Source: the human T2T-CHM13v2.0 reference genome, Homo sapiens. Taken from it: a stretch of 64,000 bases of DNA. Positions within the stretch are counted from its first letter, which is position 1, and the number at the start of each line of letters is the position of its first letter. The notes under the pieces were generated by a model. The model did not search any database, was not told where the DNA came from, and was given only the letters and a program-made list of their open reading frames with translations. The stretch is from NCBI RefSeq assembly GCF_009914755.1, contig NC_060928.1; one strand, given 5' to 3'. The translations under genes and the position numbers were made by a program. This document shows, piece after piece, positions 14,811 to 30,324 of the stretch.

Positions 14811-15943
14811 GCAATAAATAACCAAATACTTTCCTGAATTTAATGGATGAAAAATCTGGGCAGCATGGGAGGGAGGAGTGGTGAGTTATTGTTTAATAGA
14901 TATGAAGTTTCAATTTGGGGAGATGAAAATTTTCTGCAGATGGATGGTGATAATGATTGTACAACAATGGGCATGTATTTAATGTCACTCAACTTTACAC
15001 TTACAAATAGTTAAAATTGTTACTTTTATGTTATACATATTTTACCACAATTTTTAAAAGAAAATCTGGGCAGTAACTGATTTTGGAATATATGTAAAAA
15101 TGGGTATTTATATTATTAAATCAGTAGGGATCTATCCAAGACTGGCCCTAAATAAAATAATAAAGGGAATATTTATGTGAAACATATATGTCTGTCTTCA
15201 GGATAAAGATAGCTGTGCTTAAAAAAAAAAAAAAGAGTAGCTAATGTTTATTCACTGAGCAGCCTCTATGAGGCAAGTGGTAGGGATGTAGCCAGAAGGA
15301 AGACAAATGAGGTCTCTCTTGTCATGTGTCTTATGTTGTAGTTGGAGGAGACAGTGTTGAGAAGAGGTAGACAACCCAATCAAAACAGAATACACTGGGG
15401 GAAGAAAAGTACTATGCTGAGATTAAAGTAGGTGGTGTGACAGAGGGAGACTGGGCACCTACAATAGCCTTGGGGTGGGGTGGGGGTGCTATTTTCTGTA
15501 GGTTAAGAAAGTGCAACTGTTGAGTTTGGGTTGACCACTTTTCTTTTGAAATGTTACTAGATATTCACATGGCAATGGTATATACTAGTGTTCAGTGGCA
15601 TATACTAATCTGAGGTTCTAGGAAAGGTCAGAGCTGAAGATCCAGATTTGTGAGTCACCGGACTGTAGGCAGGATTTAAAACGTAGTCTAGATGAGATTA
15701 CCAGGGAAAGGCAAAGTGAGAGAAGCAACCAGAAGGAAGAGGCTGAGAACAGCAGTGAGGGAGGAGTGTGATGCCCTGAGGGGCTAATGCTGCTGCGATG
15801 AGAACAGAAGTGACTGTGAGGTCTGACACCATGGAGGTAGGTGGTTGTATTGAATTATCTGTGGATAGGTTTAGAGAGAGGGTCAAGGAATGCTTGTGAA
15901 ATGGGGGAGCAAAGGCTAATTTTTCAAGAAATGTTAATACTTA

Positions 15944-16350
<407 letters not shown>

Positions 16351-16635
16351 AATGGGACAAGAGCTGTGAAGTCAGTTATTACCCTGTGACAGGTACTATG
16401 CCAAACATTTATGTAAGTATGTAGTTTCATTTTCACAGAATTCCAGTTTCCATTTTATAGGTGGAAAAGGAGACACAAAGAAGACAATAAATTGTCCAGG
16501 GCATAGTAGGTGATAGAGCTGGGATTTGAACCCAACCTTATGTAAGTCCAACATTATTCAATTAGTTGTAACTTCAGTCAATAAATCACTCCCGCATTGA
16601 GATAATTTAATAAAATTTTCTGATAAATAAAACTT

Positions 16636-16834
16636 GTATGCTTCACCAAAATATTTATTTGAGAATTATACAACAAAATTCCAATATGGCATAAACTCTG
16701 TGGAGACCTTTAAAAATATCCAATGAGATTTGCTTCATTTTTCCCCCCTAGAGAATTATTAATTATACCGTTTTATTTCCATTAAATGGAACTCTTGAGA
16801 GAAAAAGAATAGAATGAAGAGAGAGATCACAATT
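16636..16834 (-). terminator. CFI: CFI 3' UTR with poly(A) signals
   Basis: Minus-strand AATAAA at 16772-16777 and 16654-16659; cleavage position estimated. Confidence 0.75.
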
Positions 16835-17128
<294 letters not shown>

Positions 17129-17389
17129 TTAACAACTTTGGCTTTTTTACAGTTTCCTGACAGCAATAGCATGGGCTCTCCTTAGAGTCCCTGGCTGGGC
17201 TTGCAGAGTTGCAGAGATGCAGCTTGGAAAATTCTTTACGAGTCTTCTATTTATTCCCCCAATTCAGCATGTTCTTCCTGTGTTCTCTACTTTATACGAC
17301 TGAGTACTGAGATGAGATTGCAACCTGAAAGTTGCATCAAATGCTGAGTAGGAAAATGATGGGACTGCCTAGTGCTTACTGAGTGCTAA

Positions 17390-17585
17390 ATATTTATTAG
17401 TCATTCATTGTCTTCATTCTTACCACAACCCTATGAGGCAAATATCATTATTGCCCCTATTTTATACATAAGACAACTATGACACGGAGTTTAACTTGTC
17501 TAAGGTCACACAGCTAACAAACGACAGGGCCTGGACTTGAACCCAGGCAACCACACCTCAGAGCTTGTCCTCTTGACCATGATAC
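17390..17585. mobile_element. MIR (others at about 16360-16550, 18010-18220, 37850-37950, 40880-41090, 41460-41600, 44418-44580, 62700-62890)
   Basis: acaaccctatgagg...cccctattttatac...aaggtcacacagctaa...gacttgaacccagg MIR core. Confidence 0.65.
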
Positions 17586-18337
17586 TCCCTTTTGGGAGAT
17601 TTTGTGCTATTCACCTATTTTGTCCACTGTAATCCTGAACTCCATTTCAAGATGGGAGGACACTTTCTTCTTACTCATGATTTTCTGAGATTTTTAAATC
17701 ACTGTAACCAGTAAGTTATAGGATGTCAATAACTGCCTTTTCAGTAATACACCATTTAGAAATGGTTTCAATAAAGCACCTAAATGCACTACACTGGCTG
17801 GTACTTTGCCTGCCTCTGTATCACCTCCAAAAGTAGGAGCTGCTATTGTTGTATTGGGCAGTAGAATTAGCTTAACCATGTTATCAAAGGAGTCCGTGGC
17901 GTAAGAAATGCGCTGTGATTTCCATGGAGGGAAAAATTTACTTCCAAATGGAAGTAAATCTCATCTCATTTGAGATGAGATAACTTGAATTTGTATTTAA
18001 AAGTAATTTAGTTTTGATCCTGGGTGTACCACCTCTTGTCTGTAAGACTTTGGACAAATTATGTAACTGCTCTGCATCTCAGATGCCTTATCTATGATCT
18101 TCAATTTTACAAATGAAGAAACCTGCTCAAGGTCACATGACTAGCAATTAGTAAAAGCTGGGATATAAATCTAGGTCTGGTTCCAGAGGCCGTGCTCTTA
18201 GTCACCTTGCTGTGCTGCTATAGAATCGCTTAAGGAGGATTTTTCCTCATAGTATTAGAGGAAGAAACCTGAGCTACAGGGAAGGGACTGAAAGAGTTTG
18301 AGAGTGCTACAGCCAGAAGGCCAAATGGAGGGAATTA

Positions 18338-18562
<225 letters not shown>

Positions 18563-19069
18563 TTAGAAGTCACAAATGAGAAATCTAAATACATACTCTC
18601 ATAACTTAAACCATTGGGATTATGAAAGGGTGTATAGTTTTCAATATATATAAATTTTTGAGAACTCTTCCTTAGCGTGTTTAATCATATCATATGTCTA
18701 TTTCTAAAATTGGATGGATAGTCAAGGGGGACTATTGAACATATGGTCTGAAGTCACATTCATTTAATAAAGAGCTGGTACCCTAAGTTGAATGAGATAA
18801 ATCTTTCCCTTTTGGTTGCAGAACTCAGTCAGGCAATTGGATAGGAATCAGTGATAAGGTCTTTTCACATAAATACCTCCTATCTTCTCACAGTCCCTTA
18901 TTTCCTTGAGAATGTTTGTTAAAGCAAAAACAATGTTTTAATATAAGAACTTCAAATAAAGGAAATACATACGAAGTTATCAATGTTTGTGTGTTTTTGT
19001 GTGTCTGAGAAGAAAAATCCATCTCCTAAGTGATTTGAAGTTATTTAAAAGGGGATTTAAGATTTTCTT

Positions 19070-19139
19070 CCTCAAGTGATCTGCCCCACTCAGCCTCCCA
19101 AAGTGCTGGGATTACAGGCATGAGCCATCGTGCCCAGCC
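19070..19139 (-). mobile_element. Alu 5' fragment
   Basis: cctcaagtgatctgccc...gtgcccagcc. Confidence 0.85.
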
Positions 19140-19666
19140 AGGAAGGAGTTTATTTTTTTTTTCCTTTAAGCTCTACTTCAAGTTAGTCTCAAGACACCTG
19201 CCTTCCTTAGAACAAGAGCTTTTTTAAAAATAGTAATTTCTTATTTCCTCTAATTTGGGAAAAGCCTTTAAAACTGTGAGCAATTCTTAATGGCCCAGGA
19301 GATAGTTTGTGCCTTGGCACTCTTGTAAGCTTCTTGAGGCAGCTCTCCGACGGTAGCTGAGGCAGCGAAAGGGCAGAATTTTAACTACTAGACTTTAAGG
19401 TGGTCAGTAAACACCCTGAGAGCTGGACTTCATCTTTCAGCCATGGAACTTATTCATCCCCTTGTTTGTTGACTGGGTCCATATTTTCCATCAGTGAAAT
19501 CCTAGCACTTTAGCATTGCTATCTTGCAGACATAGTAAATCCTCAATAAATGTGTTAAACCATTATTAATAAATGTGTTAAACCTTTGATCATTGATTAA
19601 GGACATATCTAACTATCAGTTTATATGAAGTACATGGAATAAGGGAACATGTTAAATGCTAGATCA

Positions 19667-19937
19667 GGCTGGGCACAGTGGCTCATCCCAGGACTTTGGG
19701 AGGCCAGGGTGGGAGGATCACTTGAGCTCAGGAGTTTGAGACCATCCTGGGCAACATGGCAAAATCCCATCTCTACAAAAAATACAAAAATTAGCCAGGC
19801 ATGGTGGTCCCAGCTGCTTTGGTGGTTGAGGTGGGAGGATCGCTTGAGCCCCAGAGCTCAAGGTTGCAGTGAGCTAGGTTTGTGCCACTGCAGTTTAGCC
19901 TGGACAACAGAGCAAGACCCTGTCTCAAAAAAAAAAA
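19667..19937 (+). mobile_element. Alu (J)
   Basis: Alu consensus with small deletions. Confidence 0.92.
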
Positions 19938-20304
19938 TCCAGATAAAGAATGTGATTAGCCAAATTCAAGGTATGGGAATTCCAAAATAAGAATTACCCA
20001 TTCTCTTTAATGATTAAATTTTAAATAAAAGGAAGGGGTAACTATTCTAGATTAAAACATTTAAGAAAAATAACCACCAAATGCAATGTGTGGACTTTGT
20101 TTGGATCTTGATTCAAATAACCTGATTATAAAAATATTTTTAAAAATAAATGAGGAATATTAAACATGGGCTTTATTTTATTGGGTATGAAAATGGTGTT
20201 GTGTCCTTATCTGGTGAAGATATATACTGGAGTATTCATGGGTGAAATTATATGACATCTGGGATACGGTTTAATATACTCCAGGAAAAATATGTGGGGG
20301 AATA

Positions 20305-20720
20305 TGTTGAATAGCTCCTGAATGTGCCTCAGACCATTCTCCACCCTTCAATGCCGTGCATCCTGCCCTAAGAGCCTGACCTGTGGCCTCTGGTTCCCAG
20401 GTGGTTTTAGACAAAGAGGACCCTAGCAGGAGGGAGGGAAGGAAAGAGGTAGGCTAGTGAGATTGGGACTGGCTATACCCTTCAGCTCAAGATCCTTGCT
20501 TCTCTCAAGGCAGCCTGCTCTACCTGAGACTTTTTCTCCATCTAGTAACTTCTCCTACTCTTCCGCTTTCAGATCCAGGAGTTAAGACAGCTCTGGTACC
20601 TCTAGTCCTGGGTACCTGCGTAGCCCCTGTGATTCCCCAACCCCCTACGTATATCTTTGTAATGAACCCTTTTATAAATAAATCTTCCTAATTGCTCCAT
20701 TGAGACCCCAATTAATATGG
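20305..20720. mobile_element. Old ERVL-type LTR (LTR33/LTR16-like) within an L1M relic (about 19990-20850)
   Basis: Degenerate LTR-like block flanked by L1M 3'-end-like sequence. Confidence 0.4.
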
Positions 20721-21112
20721 GGAGATACAACAAGAATGACAGAATGCTGATAACTGTGAAAATTGGATGATGGATAAGTAAGGGTTTATTATACTTTAAT
20801 CTCTATTTTTGTGTATACTTGTAAATGCACATAATAAAAGATTTAAAAAAACAGAACAAGTATAAGGACACAATACTCTCTTGATGAATTAATTCCTAAT
20901 ACAATTTGGTGTTTTAGAAGTTTTAGGTATTCAGACATACCACAAATCCAGATTAATTTCTACATATATTTTACACCTTCCAATGTGGCAATTATAATGA
21001 ATGTGTTGGAATATGAGTCTAAAAGACCAATGCAATGAAGGTACTTAGAGTTTCTGCTATCAAAGAGAATTTAAGATGTTGAAAGGAAGCTAAATTTTAA
21101 GGTTAAATCTTC

Positions 21113-21408
21113 TTTTTTTTCTGTTATGCTTGTGGTTGTTTTGAGACAGAGTCTCGCTCTGTCACTCAGGCTAGACTGCAGTAGCACAATCATGGCTCAC
21201 TGCAACCTCAACCTCCTGGGCTCAAGTGATCCTCCCACTTCAGCCCCCCTCAACCTCCAGGAGCTGGGACTACAGGTACACACCATCACATCCAGCTAAT
21301 TTCTAAATTTTTGGTAGAGACAGTGTCTCAAACTCCTGGGCTCAAGTGATCACCTGCCTCGGCCTCCCAAAGTGCTAGGATTAGAGACATGAGCTACTAT
21401 GCCCAGCC
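21113..21408 (-). mobile_element. Alu (J)
   Basis: TSD aaggttaaatcttc. Confidence 0.92.
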
Positions 21409-21854
21409 CAAGGTTAAATCTTCAAGATGAAGGGAAAGGTGTTGACTAGTTTAATTCTAATCTAATCTCTAATTCAGCAGATCTTTCTAAGAATTTGTCT
21501 CTGAGTGTCCACATCTTTTATTCGTATGAAGTGTTCACCACAAGTCTTCTTAGAAGTTCAAAAAATGAATTCCTTATGTTCTTTTTTTCTTTGTAGAGAG
21601 GGTAGGTGCTGGGGAATAGGGAAAGAGGGAGGAGGGGAGTGAGAAGGAGGGTTGTGGGCATCAGCGATTCAACATACACCAAGGCTATCCCTTTGTAAAC
21701 CTTTTTATCTTTTACCCACATCTCCCCAACAAATCCAAACAGTCCATGCTGTATGTCTCCCTGTCTCTATATTTTTTTCTTGGTGAATGGCTACCCTTCA
21801 AAGTTTGCCACAGGATCATAGAGAGAATATATATGACCTTTGAAAGCCTAGATA

Positions 21855-22033
21855 AGGACTGGTTCCATAATTTGCAGAGTCCAGTGAAAAATGGAAATGT
21901 GGAATGGGGCCATTTCAAAAATTATGAAGAATTTCATGCTGGTGACAACACAGCAATAAATCAAGCCTCAGGGCCTTCTGAGCATGGGGTGCTGGGCAGC
22001 TGCACATGCTGCAAACCCATGAAGCCAGCCATG
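21855..22033. mobile_element. MER45A-like hAT relic
   Basis: ...aagaatttc...gggccttctgagcatgggg...cccatgaagccagccatg. Confidence 0.6.
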
Positions 22034-22143
22034 GCTGGATGTTTACTTTTCTGGATATGATGTTATGCTTCTCTCTGAGTGCTAGGAAATTAGCTCCTAT
22101 ACATTTCTATTCTCTTTCATTTCCAACTCATGGCTTCTGATTA

Positions 22144-22509
<366 letters not shown>

Positions 22510-23115
22510 TCACTTTTATATTTTTCCCTTTTAAAAACCTTTTTCATTTCCCCAGAATTTTGTAAATGCTTGCTGTCATGAAGCAATGAGATTAAATTTA
22601 CTTAGTGCAGAATTAGGTCAATGGTAAATGATAAAGCTAGGAATAATCCATGTAACTGCTCAATATGAGGAACATAAAGAACACATTAACAACTAGAGAT
22701 GCCCAAAAGTGGAATGAGTTTGCTGCCTCTGGAGTGAGTGTGCCGTCGCTGCAGGTGTTTAAGCAGAGACCAGACAGCATCTTGCCATAAATGTAGTTAA
22801 GGAACTAGGGAGTTGGACCACACACACTCATTACTCTGCCAACCCTAGAGGTTCCCAGGGCAAAGGCCACAGCAGTCATTATCCTGACCCTTAAGACTAA
22901 CTTTATCCTAACATTGCATTGTATTTATTTGTTCACATGCCTTTCCTCACACTAGACTGTGCTGCTTGAAGCCAGAGATGGGGTCTGATTCATCTGTGCA
23001 GCCCTGGTGCCTACTATTATATCTGGATCATAGTAGCTGTTTTAAAATCCTGTTGAAATGGTGAATGAGCTAAATATTGCCTATTCTTATGCTTCACTAC
23101 ATTTTCATATCAAAT

Positions 23116-23398
23116 TTCTTTCTTCCCTTCTTTCTTTTTAAAACAGAGACAGGGTCTCACTCTTTTGCCTAAGCTGGAGTACAGTGGTGTGAACATAGCT
23201 CACTGCAGCCTTGACTCCTGAGCTCAGGAGACACTCCCACCTCAGCCTCCCTAGTAACTAGAACTACAGGCATGTGCCACCACATTAAGCTAATTTAAAA
23301 AAATTTTTTTTGTAGAAATGGGGTCTTGCTATGTTCCCCAGGCTGGTCTCAAACCTACCAAAGTGCTGGGATTATAGGCGTGAGCCACCGCACCTGGC
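23116..23398 (-). mobile_element. Alu (J) with internal deletion
   Basis: Reverse diverged Alu. Confidence 0.9.
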
Positions 23399-23658
23399 CT
23401 CTTATCAATTTTCAACTCATAGTTTCAAGCAAATCAGACATCTACCATCATCTTCTCATGGAACAGTATAGAGTCACTTCGGCAAAGTATTATAGCTTAG
23501 TTTTTTTGGTTTGATTAGAAGTAGGGTGCTAAATTATGACCTCATAGTCTAACATTTCCAAACAATAAATTATTTTACAGAATGGATTTTTCTTAAGCAA
23601 TAAAACTTATTTTTAAACAATTTAATGGAAATCTTTTCAAAAAATGTATTATTTATAT

Positions 23659-23991
23659 CAGTGTTCCTCAACCTTTTTGGCACCAGGGACAGGTTTTGTG
23701 GAAGACAATTTTTCCATGGAACTGTGGAAAACTCGGGGGAGGAGGGGATGATTTCCGGATGAAACGGTTTCACTTCAGATCACCAGGCATTAGATTCTCA
23801 TAAGGATTGCACAGCCTAGATCCTTCACATGTGCAATTCACAATAGGGTTTGCACTCCTATGAGAATCTAATGCTGCTGCTGATCTGACAGGAGGTGGAG
23901 CTCAGGTGGTAATGCTCGCCCACCACTCACCTCAGTTCCTAACAGGCCACAGATCAGTACTTGTCTGCAGCTCAGGGGTAGAGTATCCCTG
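23659..23991. mobile_element. MER1B (hAT-Charlie MITE)
   Basis: caacctttttggcaccagggacaggttttgtggaagacaatttttcca...; 8-bp TSD atttatat / atctatat. Confidence 0.85.
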
Positions 23992-24189
23992 ATCTATATA
24001 ACTTCTGCTTTCTCAAACAGCATTAACTGAACAGAATTTATCTTTACTTAAGGGTGATTCAGGTAACCACCTTAAAAGGTGGTGTCCTAGGAAATAATGA
24101 GATGTTCAGGAAGCTTTTGTTTATAGTGTTCCAAGAATACTGTCCTTCATATTAATTTTGATTGTTTTTCAGGATCACAGGTTGTAAAT

Positions 24190-24800
24190 ATTATTTATTT
24201 AGTCAATTTATTCAACAAATACTTAGTGTGAACCTATATGTACCAGGCACTGTGTTAGGCACTGAGATGCAGAAATGAGCAAAATCAGAAACAGTTCCTG
24301 CTTTCATGGAGTTCACGATCTAGGGAAAGATGCAGCAGTAAATGGATCATCACACTGATGAAAATAATATGTTCTACCATGAAAAGTGAGAGGAATGAAC
24401 AGTATGTGGGCTTTTAAGAACTTATCAAGAGGGCTTTGACTTAAGGGAGTCAGGGAAGGTTCCCTAAGGAAGTGAAGATTGAGCTGAGATCTGAACAAAG
24501 GGTACGACTAAGTAGGGAAAAGGGTAAGGAAGATCATTTCTGGCAGGGGAAACAATATATGAAGGTCCCTTTGCAGGAGGGGGCAAGTGCACTTGAGTAG
24601 CAGAAAGCAATCCAGAGTAGAGGTGGTGGAACAGGGAGTAGGAGGTGGCTCTGTGGGGCAAGATGAGATTGGCAAAGGTTAGCAGAGGTCAGATTACATG
24701 GGGCCTCATGGGCCATGTTAAAATTTTTGTTTCAATTCTTATCCTAAGAGGAATGCAAAGTCATTGCATTTTAGGTGACAAGTAATCAAAACTAGGTATG
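24190..24800. mobile_element. L2 relic (others at about 880-1070, 1700-2520, 3850-4290, 9420-10440, 12750-13460, 15240-15930)
   Basis: ttattcaacaaatacttagtg...ccaggcactgtgttaggcactgagat L2 terminal motif. Confidence 0.65.
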
Positions 24801-25159
24801 GCAACATGACTCTTGAGCCACACAGTAAAGAAAATATAGGTAGGCCACAGTGGAGAACAAAATGTAAGTAGTACCTACCCACTCTCCCACTTTGCAAATA
24901 AGCCAGGTGAAGTAATTTGGCAGCTATGGGTTTGATCTGCCTTTGCCAGTGAGATCAGCAATTTTGGTCTGTGGAGGACACAGTAGATTCTACGGGATTA
25001 GCCTCTGGAATTCCAGTCGCGAATACCAGAGGATACTTTGCAATTAATATAGTGGAGTTTGTCAGTACCTTTTTCAGATATGCTTTATCATCTGCCACAA
25101 TCTCTATTACTCACTTTCATTGTTTCGGGAAATCTAAAATTTACTGAAGACATCTTTTA

Positions 25160-25285
<126 letters not shown>

Positions 25286-25441
25286 TCACTGCCATTCTAA
25301 CAGATAGCGATACAAACAGCCCTAAGATATTTCCATGGCAAGACTCCCAGTCTCTTATAATTACATCATCCTCCTGCCCCTTTCCCCCCAAATTTAGGCT
25401 GTTTCTGGGCAGTTGCATTGTGACTTTTCATGCGACTTTAC

Positions 25442-25545
25442 CAGTTGTGCTCGCTTTCCTCCCACAATTCGTTTCCTTCGAATGTGCATTCTGTTTTTAA
25501 CTCCACAAGATAGTTTAGGTAATAATGATTTTATCCGTCTTCTTT
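25442..25545 (-). CDS. CFI: CFI exon 9 (RRKR furin site, IVGG start of light chain)
   Basis: [35 protein letters not shown]; cttgaag|AAAG ... CTG|gtaaag; 104 nt. Confidence 0.97.
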
Positions 25546-25891
25546 CTTCAAGAAAGGAAGAGATTACATCATTATTATCTTGAACCCATTAGCCTTTTTA
25601 ACACACTTCTTGATTATCTATGCCACAAAAACAGGAGAGTCACAGCCAGTACAAGACAGGCTGGAATCATTAGTAAATTATTTTGAATGCTAAACCATAC
25701 TATTCATCTTATTTAAAAATTCTGGCTTGATATTAAAATTGGCTTGATTCTCTGAAGTTCTGCCTAAAGATAGACTAGTGGCAGAAAAGGGCTGGCCAAG
25801 AGGTTAAACATTTACCAGCCTCTAGCTGATAAAGGATGCCACATGTCCAGGCACTGTGGCAGTGGCAGCTCAGAAGGGAATCACATTCTGA

Positions 25892-26238
<347 letters not shown>

Positions 26239-26742
26239 ATAGTTTTTATTTTCTAGAGGCTGTTTATATGGAACTCTTATATTAATATCAATGTTAACAT
26301 AGTGATACTCTTATTAAGTACTTTCTATATGTCAGGCCCCATACTGAGTCTTTGTATATAGTTTATCTCATTTAATCATCCTATTAACCCTGAGAGATGA
26401 TGTGCCAGTGACCCCGGGACAAGTGGGTTAGCGGGCTGGGGAGTGTTTTTTAGCCATTTGACATGTGACAATGTTTCCTTCCTCTGTCTGTGAGCATGCA
26501 GACGTCTGGCGCATTTGTCATGAGAAAACACGGTAGAGCAAAGTTTATGACCTGAATTTTCCAAAGAATTTATGATGACTGAAGAAAGTAAAATATATCC
26601 CTTTATTTCCTCTCTATATTTTAACATGTCATGAAAATTTTTGTAAACTTGCTTCTTAGCCCCAGATGAGAAAGGAAAATGAATATTGCTGTTAATAATT
26701 TTGGGCATACCGAAAGGAGTTAGGCCCCCAAGAAAGAGCCGT

Positions 26743-27150
26743 TGTTGTATGGAGGCTAAAGCAACTTCATCTTGGATACTAATCTGCCATGTTAGCTTCT
26801 GATTAACCCCAATTCCGGGAAGGCCTCTGAGATTTCCAGTTTATCTATTATTCCTTGTATAAGAGCATGTACTTACTATAAATCCTGGCCTTATGGCAAA
26901 TTCCTACCCATTAGCTCTGAAGCCTGTGTGCCCCTCCCCTACAGTATATAATCTCTGAGTCGGGAGAGAACTAGCACAAGGATCCACCATCTTGTCTCAC
27001 TGTTGTCCAGGACACAGACCTGGCTTCCATTAGTAAGTCCCTATTAAATGTTTCTTTCTAAGGAACTGGATATGTCAGCCTCTTTGTTTGGCCTCTCAGC
27101 TTCCTTAGACTTTGGGGGCTGATTTGTGTGAACCTGCCCACTGTGAAACA
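26743..27150 (+). mobile_element. ERV1 LTR (MER66-like, tentative)
   Basis: aaagcaacttcatcttgg..., tatataa, attaaa, ends ctgtgaaaca. Confidence 0.6.
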
Positions 27151-27365
27151 CATGGATAGAAGATGGTTTTTTTTGGTCTCACCCATCCTAAGAACTGGGG
27201 TGGGGGAAGAGTGTGATGGTAAGTTTTTGCTTACACTTTTGAAGGAAGAGGGATCTCATGCTCTGAGGACTGTGAAACCAACTTAGGTAGTATCTGAAAA
27301 TGAATGTTATTCTGAGTAAAAATAAAGGGCCATTGTTGAAAATGCCTTTTGACTAACATCTATAG

Positions 27366-27684
<319 letters not shown>

Positions 27685-28411
27685 TTAAATCTTTTACTCA
27701 TTGCCTGATTTTTAAAGATTGTTACTTAATTTTGGTTACTGACAATTAGAAAGAAGTCTACATGAACTTCATTTAAAAATCCCACTGAAACAGGGAGCTA
27801 TTTTATTCCCAATTTGTATTTGAGGTTGAGTTACTCTCTTAAGTTTTTATAGCTAATACATAACTGAGTCAGAATTTAACGTAAGTCTGTCTGACTAGAA
27901 ATCTCTAATCAATTGCTATCTTCCCAGGAACTTAATACTTTAATTTAATTTGGCTTTTAGCGCACAACTGGCCAAGGTACAGATCTTCAAAGGTCTCCTA
28001 TTACCGTGATTTAAAACATTGTGAAAGAATGGTTAATTCAATTAACATCTATTATTTTTTCTATTTCAAAAAATTATGTCATGAGTCATGCTTGAGAGCT
28101 GCTTGTTTTTTCACAAAACTGACCTGACAAAGTTCGTTTTAAATAGAAAAAGCTTATGTATGATTGGAGTATTGTTTTCATTTCAAAATTAGCCATATGA
28201 ATTAATCCAGTTTTAAAAGCAATTCTCAAGAATCATTTAAGCTTGCTTTTCTTAAAAGTGACAGAGAAAGGAGAATAATAATGTTATATTTTTTAATTTA
28301 AATTGATACCAAAACTACTTGTTGCTTGAATCAATTATATATATGCAAATGACACTGAAATTACAGCCTAAACCAGTGAGCCACCAATAAAAAAGTATAA
28401 CGTTAGCTTAC

Positions 28412-28447
28412 CTGCATCCATGTCAGCAGTCAAAATTTCTGTTTCTT
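28412..28447 (-). CDS. CFI: CFI exon 8 (36-nt linker exon)
   Basis: EETEILTADMDA; catag|AAGAAAC ... GCAG|gtaagc. Confidence 0.95.
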
Positions 28448-28806
28448 CTATGATAAAACAAAAGATTCCAATGTTTAAAGTTGTTAATTATAGTCAAAAT
28501 GAAATCATTAAAATCATTTAAACACTGATTATAATTTTCTGCCTTAAAACTTATCCTCCCTTTTATAAAGAACTGTACAAAATCCCCAAGGCATGTCATC
28601 TTATTTCCTTTCTATAATTAGGTAATTGTAAAGGCTCAAGATGCACTGTATAGAAATTCTTGCTGGCACAAACTAGAGATATCTGTTGGTACTAGTGAAT
28701 GTTGAGACTCATGGTGTCACAGTTTCCAGTAGTTAGAGCAGGCAAAATGCACAGCCCAGAAGAGGAAGGCTTCTATTTCAACTCTCTGCATCCCCAGGGT
28801 GTTTTG

Positions 28807-30324
<1,518 letters not shown>

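Noticed and set aside
25069-25091. Possible 23-nt cryptic exon in CFI intron 10
   Set aside because: Poor pyrimidine tract, weak donor, not a multiple of three.
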